The notes: generated by a model not told the origin, from the sequence alone. 64,000 nucleotides of DNA from Candidatus Omnitrophota bacterium (GCA_042577545.1 JBHPDT010000002.1:1574-65573); one strand, 5' to 3'; shown: positions 30,501-39,002, numbered from the stretch's first letter. Numbers and translations are program-made.

Positions 30501-33500
30501 GTCATACGCTCGCCAAAGTAATATAACATTTGAAGATGTGTTTTAATCGCTTCATCATTATCACTAGAGCTATATCTGCACTGAATCATATTTCTTATAA
30601 AATCAAAATGATTATAAAGATCTATTTCGTTATATTGTTCTAAAACAAACCTAACATCAGCAGAATCAATCCTTCTGCTCAAGGAAGCTCCCCACCCGCT
30701 TTGGTTAAGATAATCATGTATTGCAGATACGCACTCGGGCAGAAACCATGCCTCAGTTGTTTTACTCAAGAATAATAAATCAAAATCATAATAGTACTCT
30801 AACAAACACCAACCATTCTCCTCAAAAAGATATCTGCTGCTGCCAACTATCTGCACCTTGATATCAGCGGCGCTATCTGGCATCTCTGTATGCAAATATA
30901 ATCTAGCAATATCGGATAAGAGCTCTTCAAGCAAAGCAATATTAACCTTCCCATCCCGTAGCATTTTATCAACATCAACCTCAATACTGCTAAAATCCAA
31001 TCCGGCTGATGAGGGTTTTGCTCTATGTTCTTCAACAGCTCTTTCCAAAGATTCGATCTCTTGCCTCGCGGAATCTGTTAATCTATCCCAATATAAATCC
31101 TTTATTATTCTTATACTCAACAATACATATAATCCATCATCCTGAATTAGTCTTACAATATTTATTTCAGGTAACTCATACTTATTGAAGTTTTCCACAA
31201 GCTCAGGATCAATATCTCTTAAGTGGGCTCTCATATAATTGGGTCCACGCTTCCTAAAAGCGGCTATAATGGGATTAATAGCTTCTCTGCGTTCCAGCTC
31301 TTCAAATGGGATACATATAGTTCCTTCTGATAATGCGTTTGCTTTATCCATATTCATATTAAAAAGTTTTAGGAAAACTTTTCCATCATGATGTATATAA
31401 GTCTTTAAGCAAAGCATCTCTGGCAAAAGCGGGTGCCGACTTAAACCAACCGTATCATCACCTTCGCTATGATCATATATTCTAACCGCGAACCTTTCAT
31501 CAATAGAAATCTGTTGTTGAGCGCGGCCTATATAAACAAGGGTAAGAAATCCTACGGGTATCTCTATCCTTCTATCCTTATCTATATTAAGAGATAAATG
31601 TTCAGTTTGGCGCGTTTGCGACCGCCATTTCTCAGGATCCATTTCAAGGATTTTATCAATAGGCTTCAAATCAAATTCCGCGAAAAAGTCCTGTTCTGCA
31701 CACATTTGTGCGTTAAGCGCTTCATATGTCTTTCTTGTATTCTTCCAAAGAACAGTTTGAAGATGTAATCCTTGATTAATTTCATCAAGATCTATTAGTC
31801 GCTCTTGATTTTTCACAAATATATTGATAAGATTTGCAACACCTGCGATGTTCGGCGCGTGAAATTCATCAACTGAAGCTGTAATATAAAATGACTTAAT
31901 TCTATTTTTACGATCTCTTCCTTCAATAGCAGATTTGATTCTATTGAGTACATATTCAGCTCGTTTCTTATCGAGCGCCCACAGACAATTGGTCCATATA
32001 GAAACCGTGCAAGCTTTGGTTCTCGCGATAATTTCACAGAGCGTGTCTAAGGTAGCGTCGTTCAGCAGCGGTTCTCCATCACCAGTGAATATTAATGAAT
32101 CTATATCCGTCTCATTCAGAAATCTAATTATATTTTCTGTCTTATCATGAGATGGGCAACGGCTATGATCAATCATAGACGCATCTTCAGGAAGTTTACG
32201 CGAATCACCTAGACAGGACCTACAATTTAAATTGCAGTAACCAGCCAAACAAATTACCGCCTCCGATCTTGGTAGTGATGATACCTCAATATTTGAGCTT
32301 AACATAATCTCTTTTAACCGCTCCTTTGCCTTAGCAGGAGTTACCCCATCAACATCTACCTCAATACTACTAAAATCCAAGCCAGCTGACGAGGGTTTGC
32401 CAGCCAGCTCAGCTGTAAAGACAGATGCGGGCATTGCACCTATAGCATCAATCGGTTTTCTAACAACAAGATGCTCATCCCATGTCTCTTTTTTGCGGGC
32501 ACTAAAGGCGTCTAGGCTTATGATGTTGTTTATACCGAGAACCATCTCTATAGCTTCTTGCAGCCATCCTCTTCTAATAAATTCTACTGTTATCTCATGA
32601 TTTGATGGTAATCTTCCAAAAATATCCTTATAAGGTATGCAAAAGGCTTCTATTTCGTGCCTTAATCCATTTAAACTCTCTGGTTGGTTCTTATAATAAA
32701 GTTTTATTTTCACATAGCGAAGGCTGGTATATAGATATGCACGAAAAGAAGCTGCGGGATAGGTATCTCTTAATTGATTACGGTATATATTGAAATGAGC
32801 GCCTACATACATAAGAGTTTCCATTGCCGCGCTTTGTTCATCATCTTTTGGAAATCTGTTGCTTAATTCTTTAAAATGAGCTGCTACAAGTTTATCAGCT
32901 ACGGCGCTCCTTATCTTTTCATCAAGAGAAAAAAGTAAATATCCTAAGTCGTCATAGTCTTCGTCTTGCCAATCTGCTTGGGCATTATCGCTTAAACGCT
33001 TGAGAATGCTCTTTAGGCTTTGTTTATCCTCTTCTATCTTTAGTCCGATCTGCTTTCTGAGTTCTTCTCTTCTTTTAGGGTCTGTAATATAAATATCCAG
33101 GAGTGAATACAGAACCCTTGAAGGAACGTTTCTTAAAAGCATCCTAAACCTTACATAATCTTTTTCGTTATCCGAAAGTTTCTTTTTGGATTCTGGGAGG
33201 CCTAGTTTGTATTCTAACATAGAATCAAAGCCCTGCCTCATAGCATCAATATTTATAATAAATCTCACAATGTCTTTATTTGAGACTGCGAAATCCTTAT
33301 GGGATGCTCTTAAATCAAGCAATTTTGCTGAATATTCCTCTATCTCATTTTGTTTTCTTGAGCTGTGAAGTATAAGAGCTATATGGGTACCCTCTGTGAT
33401 GCCAAGCTTCTTAAGGGAGGCTATGAGCTTTTCTATCTCATCCTGTTTTCTTGAGCTGTTCAGTATAGGAGCTATATGAGCGCCTTCTCTTATGCCGTGG

Positions 33501-36500
33501 ATTTTAAGAGATGCTATGAGCTCTTCTATCTCACCCTGTTTTCTTGAACTTTGAAGTATAAGGGCTATGTAAGTACCCTCTGTGATGCCGAGTTTATCAA
33601 GAGAGGCTATAAGTGTCTCTATCTCATCCTGTTTTCTTGAACTGTTCAGTATAAGAGCTATATGATAGCCTTCTCTTATGCCAAGGTCTTTAAGAGAGGT
33701 TATGAGCTTTTTTATCTCACTCTGTTTTCTTGAGCTGCTCAGTATAATAGCTATATGATAGCCTTCTGCTACTCCAAGATCTTTAAGAGTTGTTATGAGT
33801 TTTTCTATCTCATGCTGTTTTCTTGCGCTTTGAAGTATAAGGGCTATGTGGATTCCTTCTCTTATGCCATGGGCCCTAATGGATACTATGAGTTCTTCTA
33901 TCTCATCCTGTTTTCTTGAGCTTTGAAGTATAGGAACCATATGAGCGACTTCTCTTATGCCAAGTTTTTTAAGAGAGACTATGAGTTTTTCTATCTCATC
34001 CTGTTTTCTTGAGCTTTGAAGTATGCGGGCTATATGCGTGCCTTCTCTTATGCCTTGGTTTTTAAGAGATGGTATGATTTTCTCTATCTCATCCTGTTTT
34101 CTTGAGCTTTGAAGTATAGAAGCTATAGCGCCTTCTCTTATGCCTTGGTTTTTAAGATATGCTATGAGTTTCTCTATCTCATTCTGTTTTCTTGAGCTGT
34201 GAAGTATAGGAGCTATGTGAGCGGCTTCTCTTATGCCAATGTCTTTAAGAGATGATATAAGCTTCTCTATCTCATCCTGTTTTCTTGAGCTTTGAAGTAT
34301 AAGAGCTATGTGAGCGCCCTCTCTTATGTCTTGGTTTTTAAGATACGCTATGAGTTTCTCTATCTCATCCTGCTTTCTTGAGCTTTGAAGTATGGGAGTT
34401 ATGTGAGCGCCCTCTGTAATGCCGAGTTTTTTAAGGGAGACTATGAGTTTTTCTATCTCATCCTCTTCTCTTGAGCTTTGAAGTATGCGGGCTATATGGG
34501 TGATTTCTCTTATGTCTTGGTTTTTAAGATACGCTATGAGTTTCTCTATCTCATCCTGCTTTCTTGAGCTTTGAAGTATGCGGGCTATATGAGCGTCTTC
34601 TCTTATGTCCTGGGCTTTAAGGAAGGTTATGAGTTTTTCTATCTCATCCTGCTTTCTTGAGCTTTGAAGTATAAGGGCTATATGAGCGCCTTCTCTTATG
34701 CCTTGGTTTTTAAGGGATGCTATTAGCTTCTCTATCTTATCCTGTTTTCTTGAGCTTTGAAGTATGGGAGTTATGTGGGCGCCCTCTGTAATGCCGAGTT
34801 TTTTAAGGGAAACTATGAGTTTTTCTATCTCATCCTGTTCTCTTGAGCTTTTTAGTATAGAGGCTATATGGGTACCTTTTATGCCAAACTTTTTAAGAGA
34901 AGCTATGATCTTTTCTATCTCATTCTGTTCTCTTGAGCTTTGAAGTATAAGGGCTATGTGAGAGCCCTTAAAACAATATGCCTTCTTTTTTTCTTTTACG
35001 TTACTTAAAAAAATCAGCATATCCAGTTTATCTGGTAATTTTTTTAAGCGAGCTATCTTTGCGGCTTGCTTTTCTGCAAATAGACTCATCTCCCCTCTTT
35101 TAACAGTAAGCAGTATGGCCTCTACTCTTGGTGTAATATGCTTTCTCCTTACTCTTTTACCATCAACACTATTCAATAATTGTCTTATTTCTGCGATTGC
35201 CACAGCACCTATAGTACCTGAAGGATAGGGCTCAGCTGTACCAGAACTCCTTAGACTAGGGCCTCCCATTCTTCTTAATTGAACCGATGATGTAGTCTTG
35301 GTTCTTTGAACACTTTGCATACCACCTTTTCTTGCTCTCCCCTCCTCGTTGAGCAATTGCCTGTATTCTAAGATTGTATCAGCACCTATATCTCCAGCTG
35401 ATGAGGCCTTTTCCCCTACTAACCCATCTTCCGGCGAATCTAAGCCCTCTAGCAGCCATGGGACATTGGTTTTCATGATATCAAGTAATCCATTGAAATC
35501 ATTACCAGGGTCGGCGCTTAAAACTTTCTCGAGCAACTCTGATACTTCCTCATCGCCCTTTAAATCAGCAACAAGCCTGGATAATGCAGCCTCATCATTG
35601 CGAACCTGCAGATATCGATCTTTATAGTTCATATAAGTACTACGCTGACCGAAGTAATACAACATTTGAATGTAGACCTTAGCTATTTTAAAATTATCAG
35701 AAGATTCATATCTGCACAGAATAAGATTTCTTAAAATTCTATAATGCCATCTAGAGCCTCCCTCTCCATCTTCCTCCAAGAGAAATCCAATGCCGGTATA
35801 ATTGATATCTTTAGCCAGTAAGGTTCCCCAGCTGCTTTGGTCAAGGTAATCGCATATTGCAGACACAAAATGAACCACTTCAATAGTCAAAAGCACCCTC
35901 TCCTTATAACTAGACCGCTCAGGGCCTTTGGCCATAAACAATAAATCAATATCATGATCTGGATCTAGTATACACCAGCCATTCTCCTGAAAAAGATACC
36001 TGCTGCTGACAACTATCTGCACCCTTACATCATAATTCTTATCAGGAAATTTCTTACCTAAATATAACCTGATTATATCGTTAAGCAGTTTCTCAAAGAG
36101 AGCAATATTTATCTTACCATCCCTAAGCAGCCCACCGACATCAACCTTAATACTGTTAAAATCTACCCTAGATAATAAGGCCTTTGTCACTGATACCTCA
36201 AGTATCTTTGAAGCCTGGGCATCTGTAACACCGGTTTTTTGCGCAACCTTTAATTGTTCTGACTTAAGTTCGCAAGTCTCAATTTGCAGTTTAGCCTTAT
36301 CAGTATAATGCCGCACGCGTACTTCATCAAAGAACTGACGCGTAACATCAGGCTTTACAGTCGCATCTCCCGCATCAGCTAGTTCTTTGAGCTGGGGATT
36401 TACATATGTAAGCAACCAGGTATCAGGATCCTCGATTATGCTCTCTTGATCAACACTACGCCTATAGTGGGGATCTTTTTGTGATTTTACAACAAAATAG

Positions 36501-37501
36501 AACCGTCCCCCTGGGACTAATAACTCTTTAACCAGCTCAAAGACTCTCTCCAGGTTTTCTCGATCTAGATAATGGAGACTTAAACGAGCATAAACTACAT
36601 CAAACTTTTCTTTTTGAGATTGAGCGATCTTTGGAAGAATCTCTAGCATGTCTCCCCAATAAGGAGTAATACCTGAATGTTTCGAAACTATATCTTTTGC
36701 TTTGGTTTTCTTCTCGATTGCTGTAACATTGCACCCTTGACTAGCAAAATATATCTCATCTCCAAAATCTCCTGAACCAAGGCTAAGTATCTTAACATCT
36801 TTTGGATTACCGAGATCACTTATAACTCTGTGAGCCAATTCATTTGGTTGAGCTCCTGCTGATGAAGATTTCGCAACAACTTTCCAAGGATTTAACATAT
36901 CCTCCCACTCATTAGGCGGAACTAATTCGTAACCATCATCAGACACTGGAACGATTTTAGCGACAACATACTTTGGATGAGTTGAACCGGGAAAATAGAC
37001 TTTATCCATATAGAGTTGTACGGGCTTATCTTCTTTGCCTTTAAATACCTTATCCCAGTTTTTAATATCTATATGGCCGCGCCTTAATGCAACCCTTGGT
37101 ATTACTCCTAATCCCCCTAAACCAAGCCTATACTGCTCTTTTATGCGATAGCGTTCATAATCGCTTCTATGCATAAAAACAAAATAATCTATACCATAAA
37201 TACCATCCTGATGTAATTTAACCATTGCAGCTCTAGCTGCCTCAATATATGGAAATACGCCACAATCAACTTCCTCTATTTTGTCCGCATATTCAGGCTT
37301 CGGGTGCTCTCCTCCAGTAAACCCAAATGCAACTGCATCAGGGCCACCACCCTGAGGACCTTGAACTGACTTTGCCATTGCTGGTGGGCGCAGGGTATTA
37401 ACAGTAGGCTTTGGATAGACCCCTGCGGATTGGTTTGCAAGAAGCGAAACCACTAGTATAAGCTTTAGTTTATGCAATAGATATCTCATAATAGTATTCA
37501 T
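27557..37501 (-). CDS. Giant (3314 aa) secreted multidomain protein: methyltransferase, 4 NTase-like domains, 31-aa repeat array, sigma70-like domain, radical SAM, inositol monophosphatase-like
   Basis: Single uninterrupted ORF with an N-terminal hydrophobic signal. Motifs LSLGSGD (MTase), IVGSSRY..DhD/E x4, CNLNCRSC plus TGDGEPLL, VLDPIDGS; seven K[PAS]SSAG linkers. Confidence 0.9.
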   Translation of the reverse strand: MNTIMRYLLHKLKLILVVSLLANQSAGVYPKPTVNTLRPPAMAKSVQGPQGGGPDAVAFGFTGGEHPKPEYADKIEEVDCGVFPYIEAARAAMVKLHQDGIYGIDYFVFMHRSDYERYRIKEQYRLGLGGLGVIPRVALRRGHIDIKNWDKVFKGKEDKPVQLYMDKVYFPGSTHPKYVVAKIVPVSDDGYELVPPNEWEDMLNPWKVVAKSSSAGAQPNELAHRVISDLGNPKDVKILSLGSGDFGDEIYFASQGCNVTAIEKKTKAKDIVSKHSGITPYWGDMLEILPKIAQSQKEKFDVVYARLSLHYLDRENLERVFELVKELLVPGGRFYFVVKSQKDPHYRRSVDQESIIEDPDTWLLTYVNPQLKELADAGDATVKPDVTRQFFDEVRVRHYTDKAKLQIETCELKSEQLKVAQKTGVTDAQASKILEVSVTKALLSRVDFNSIKVDVGGLLRDGKINIALFEKLLNDIIRLYLGKKFPDKNYDVRVQIVVSSRYLFQENGWCILDPDHDIDLLFMAKGPERSSYKERVLLTIEVVHFVSAICDYLDQSSWGTLLAKDINYTGIGFLLEEDGEGGSRWHYRILRNLILCRYESSDNFKIAKVYIQMLYYFGQRSTYMNYKDRYLQVRNDEAALSRLVADLKGDEEVSELLEKVLSADPGNDFNGLLDIMKTNVPWLLEGLDSPEDGLVGEKASSAGDIGADTILEYRQLLNEEGRARKGGMQSVQRTKTTSSVQLRRMGGPSLRSSGTAEPYPSGTIGAVAIAEIRQLLNSVDGKRVRRKHITPRVEAILLTVKRGEMSLFAEKQAAKIARLKKLPDKLDMLIFLSNVKEKKKAYCFKGSHIALILQSSREQNEIEKIIASLKKFGIKGTHIASILKSSREQDEIEKLIVSLKKLGITEGAHITPILQSSRKQDKIEKLIASLKNQGIREGAHIALILQSSRKQDEIEKLITFLKAQDIREDAHIARILQSSRKQDEIEKLIAYLKNQDIREITHIARILQSSREEDEIEKLIVSLKKLGITEGAHITPILQSSRKQDEIEKLIAYLKNQDIREGAHIALILQSSRKQDEIEKLISSLKDIGIREAAHIAPILHSSRKQNEIEKLIAYLKNQGIREGAIASILQSSRKQDEIEKIIPSLKNQGIREGTHIARILQSSRKQDEIEKLIVSLKKLGIREVAHMVPILQSSRKQDEIEELIVSIRAHGIREGIHIALILQSARKQHEIEKLITTLKDLGVAEGYHIAIILSSSRKQSEIKKLITSLKDLGIREGYHIALILNSSRKQDEIETLIASLDKLGITEGTYIALILQSSRKQGEIEELIASLKIHGIREGAHIAPILNSSRKQDEIEKLIASLKKLGITEGTHIALILHSSRKQNEIEEYSAKLLDLRASHKDFAVSNKDIVRFIINIDAMRQGFDSMLEYKLGLPESKKKLSDNEKDYVRFRMLLRNVPSRVLYSLLDIYITDPKRREELRKQIGLKIEEDKQSLKSILKRLSDNAQADWQDEDYDDLGYLLFSLDEKIRSAVADKLVAAHFKELSNRFPKDDEQSAAMETLMYVGAHFNIYRNQLRDTYPAASFRAYLYTSLRYVKIKLYYKNQPESLNGLRHEIEAFCIPYKDIFGRLPSNHEITVEFIRRGWLQEAIEMVLGINNIISLDAFSARKKETWDEHLVVRKPIDAIGAMPASVFTAELAGKPSSAGLDFSSIEVDVDGVTPAKAKERLKEIMLSSNIEVSSLPRSEAVICLAGYCNLNCRSCLGDSRKLPEDASMIDHSRCPSHDKTENIIRFLNETDIDSLIFTGDGEPLLNDATLDTLCEIIARTKACTVSIWTNCLWALDKKRAEYVLNRIKSAIEGRDRKNRIKSFYITASVDEFHAPNIAGVANLINIFVKNQERLIDLDEINQGLHLQTVLWKNTRKTYEALNAQMCAEQDFFAEFDLKPIDKILEMDPEKWRSQTRQTEHLSLNIDKDRRIEIPVGFLTLVYIGRAQQQISIDERFAVRIYDHSEGDDTVGLSRHPLLPEMLCLKTYIHHDGKVFLKLFNMNMDKANALSEGTICIPFEELERREAINPIIAAFRKRGPNYMRAHLRDIDPELVENFNKYELPEINIVRLIQDDGLYVLLSIRIIKDLYWDRLTDSARQEIESLERAVEEHRAKPSSAGLDFSSIEVDVDKMLRDGKVNIALLEELLSDIARLYLHTEMPDSAADIKVQIVGSSRYLFEENGWCLLEYYYDFDLLFLSKTTEAWFLPECVSAIHDYLNQSGWGASLSRRIDSADVRFVLEQYNEIDLYNHFDFIRNMIQCRYSSSDNDEAIKTHLQMLYYFGERMTYTEYKGRYLRNHHDASELSKLVADLRRNKEAAELLRRVLSADADNDYNGLLDIMKTNAPWLLKGLNLPAEDREAEKASSAGRADSAEPKWLANQPCKNIIWEGLRSGEIVEPELREIKEAVRGKIIEVGKHLRENHAEMIEADEKLDGSPVTKGDLYSQANLLPIFMEHIKRTRLVFEEKIGDPSLALAVGEQNENFSVSAWTTVLDPIDGSDQFKSLGQDVGYGTEWSRIWMIGFALYYKGVPVMTIGYSPEYDIEGAPKIEDMPGSLFEAMLFDEATTLNGMALQVASIDDLKSARIALETVRRKDSRDRGWPWIQPNWREELASYINMDNVGEDMQSTWFDGARVAASGTFSSLKFPHLLVFGGQKAVDAGAHYFIAKAGGICLNHKGEEAFPILPEVLSDPSGLTESFVSGHPSAVYAWLDAYRKSISKPSSAGLDFSSIEVEPKELIKDGKINIALFEKLLSDIAMLYVKKEIPKSGAEVSVKVVGSSRYLFEYDGWCLLEPKHDIEIFFVVKNSKRVDLSQIWVDLSAAIDGYFSQPEWEAYFTPFIEFANIMGDRFSEKDVLVFHLVAIQDFLKCYNNLELDATDKNIIKIVKNYIQLLYYFGTTEQRKKYEDYRKKFFHAWGKPSQMWELAHKMRRDPYIKQLSGRVLNSSLDDSHYDSLLRQMKINAPWLVQGLGLPDEAAAAPKASSAGLDFNSIEVDPEALIKDGKINITLFEKLLSDIVRLYMTEMASTGNFDIRPQIVGSSRYLFEEDGWCLLEPDHDFDLLFIVKTPEKLGQTEETALTQQMIQSMVTIREYLDQSGWGAFLIESIEYAGVRILSEQYSERDILRIHFHTARNIIEHRYDSRHSDKAIKAYLQMLYYFGRHTTYTRYRRRYLQVYDDAKGLSRLVADMRRNREVKELLEKVKNACLDNDFNGLLDTMKTNAPWLVEYLDLPEEGAAVAVTQTVESRLPLAEHAELRKAYQAISAAA
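33335..34972 (-). repeat. Intragenic tandem array of 18 repeats of about 93 nt (31 aa)
   Basis: Consensus IREGAHIAxILQSSRKQDEIEKLIASLKxxG; three 30-aa variants; last copy partial. Confidence 0.95.
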
Positions 37502-37564
37502 AATAGGATAATATGGCGATTATTGCCAGGGAGGAATTACTTAAACCTTTTTAAATGCTGTTAT

Positions 37565-37593
37565 ATTATACTAAATCTTATAGGTAGTGTCAA
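37565..37593 (-). promoter_or_regulatory. Perfect-consensus sigma70 promoter of the giant gene
   Basis: TTGACA-17 nt-TATAAT about 65 nt upstream of ATG 37501. Confidence 0.85.
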
Positions 37594-37819
37594 GATATAA
37601 TTGGGGAAAAACAGGGATCAGGGGTCAGGGGTCAGGAAATTTACGTTAACCTCACCACGTCATCTATGAAAAAGCATGTCAAGAATAAACACTTCTCCCA
37701 TATGCAAAATGTGAGTATTTTGCATGCTTCCTCCCTATATAAGTTATCACCAACGAGCTTAACAGCTCTTTGCTCACCACTTCTATCTTCTAAAGATTAC
37801 TATATTGTGAAATATTGAC

Positions 37820-37950
37820 AAACGGTCAATTTTCAGTCATCTATTCGTGCTCTCAAGGAGCATAGTAATTTCTGATTTAAACGAGGGCGTGTCAACCATT
37901 GCGTTGGACCTTTAAAAGGTCAATGACGTTTGGACCTCATCCCTCTTCTC
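37820..37950 (-). ncRNA. Bridge/seek RNA of the IS1111 element (ends approximate)
   Basis: Target loop: ACGTCAT and CGCAATG flank hairpin GACC-TTTTAAA-GGTC inside a GAGGG/CCCTC stem. Donor loop: TTACTAT and ATAGATG flank GCTC-CTTGA-GAGC inside a TCAG/CTGA stem. Confidence 0.82.
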
Positions 37951-37991
37951 GAGAAAACAGAAAAATGTGATGATCTTCATTTTGCGCTGTT

Positions 37992-39002
37992 TTACTCGAT
38001 TATACCGTTTGCTACCATCTCTGGTTTAAATTTCACATTATTCTTCCATAAGATCAAGCTTATTGCCGCGATCTTACGGCTAACCGCGTTTCTGGCGTTT
38101 TTATGGCCAGTACCACTCATTCTTAAATGATCATAGTATTGCCTGAATACATTATCACCCTTAAGAGCTGACTGCGCGGCCATCTTATATACGCATTTTA
38201 GTGTTCTGTTACCCCATATTTTCTTATCACCATAATTTCTGTCTCCGCTAGTCTGTCTATGCCTGACTAATCCGCAATAACTGAAGTATTTATGTTTATT
38301 TTGAAACCTCCCTGGATCGATTACTTGTGCCACTATCTTTGATGCCTGGATATCCTTTATCCCTGGCAATGTCATTAAAAGCCTGATTTCCTTGAACTTC
38401 TTGCCGTACTTTTTTATTTCAGGGATATATTCTTGCCTGCATTTTTCCATCTCTTTAAGTAGATGGTGCATATGCTTTCCAATGAATTGAAAATCTTCCC
38501 GACCCAATCCTCCCAATAAGCTTTCATCGTTATACACTTTTTGCCCTAGAGCTCTTTTACCTTCCTTACGAAACAATGACTTATATCTGTTTTTCATTCT
38601 GCTGGAATCTTCTACGAGATCTTGATAACCACTCATAAGATCCCTAAACTTCTCACGCTTGGATCCATCGTGATATACAGGTGTTAGAAAATTACCCCTT
38701 AATAAGTTTGCCAATTGCCTGGCATCAAGCTTATCGGTCTTGGCTTTTTTATAACTTTTGTTCTCTACAGGGTTACAAACTAACAATTCACAATCCTCTT
38801 TTTTAAACATCTCATACAACCAACTGCTTAACTCACATTCCTCGAAGGTTAATTTCTTATTACCGGATATGTTGCGCACATATTCTCTTAATAACCTCCC
38901 ATTGGTTGCGATCTTTACATTATCATAGACTTTTCCGTGTTCATCCATCACACAAAAAGAACATGTTGACGAATGGGCATCTAATCCTATATACTTATTC
39001 AT
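37992..39002 (-). CDS. IS110-family transposase/bridge recombinase
   Basis: DEDD residues (IGLDAH, FEEC, KTDKLDA), LMTLPGI, YCGL...QTSG serine, AVSRK. Start MNKYIG after AGGAGG. Confidence 0.93.
   Translation of the reverse strand: MNKYIGLDAHSSTCSFCVMDEHGKVYDNVKIATNGRLLREYVRNISGNKKLTFEECELSSWLYEMFKKEDCELLVCNPVENKSYKKAKTDKLDARQLANLLRGNFLTPVYHDGSKREKFRDLMSGYQDLVEDSSRMKNRYKSLFRKEGKRALGQKVYNDESLLGGLGREDFQFIGKHMHHLLKEMEKCRQEYIPEIKKYGKKFKEIRLLMTLPGIKDIQASKIVAQVIDPGRFQNKHKYFSYCGLVRHRQTSGDRNYGDKKIWGNRTLKCVYKMAAQSALKGDNVFRQYYDHLRMSGTGHKNARNAVSRKIAAISLILWKNNVKFKPEMVANGIIE

Noticed and set aside
33335-34972. 93-nt periodic array as a CRISPR array
   Set aside because: In-frame coding repeats with no unique spacers and no cas genes.
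27660-36170. NTase-like domains as GlnD/GlnE for the adjacent nitrogen operon
   Set aside because: No HD or ACT domains or GlnE architecture; the protein has an export signal and its own promoter, so adjacency alone is not evidence.
28380-36875. SSAG modules as inteins or a diversity-generating retroelement
   Set aside because: No intein terminal His-Asn motifs, no reverse transcriptase, and no adenine-specific template/variable repeat pair seen.
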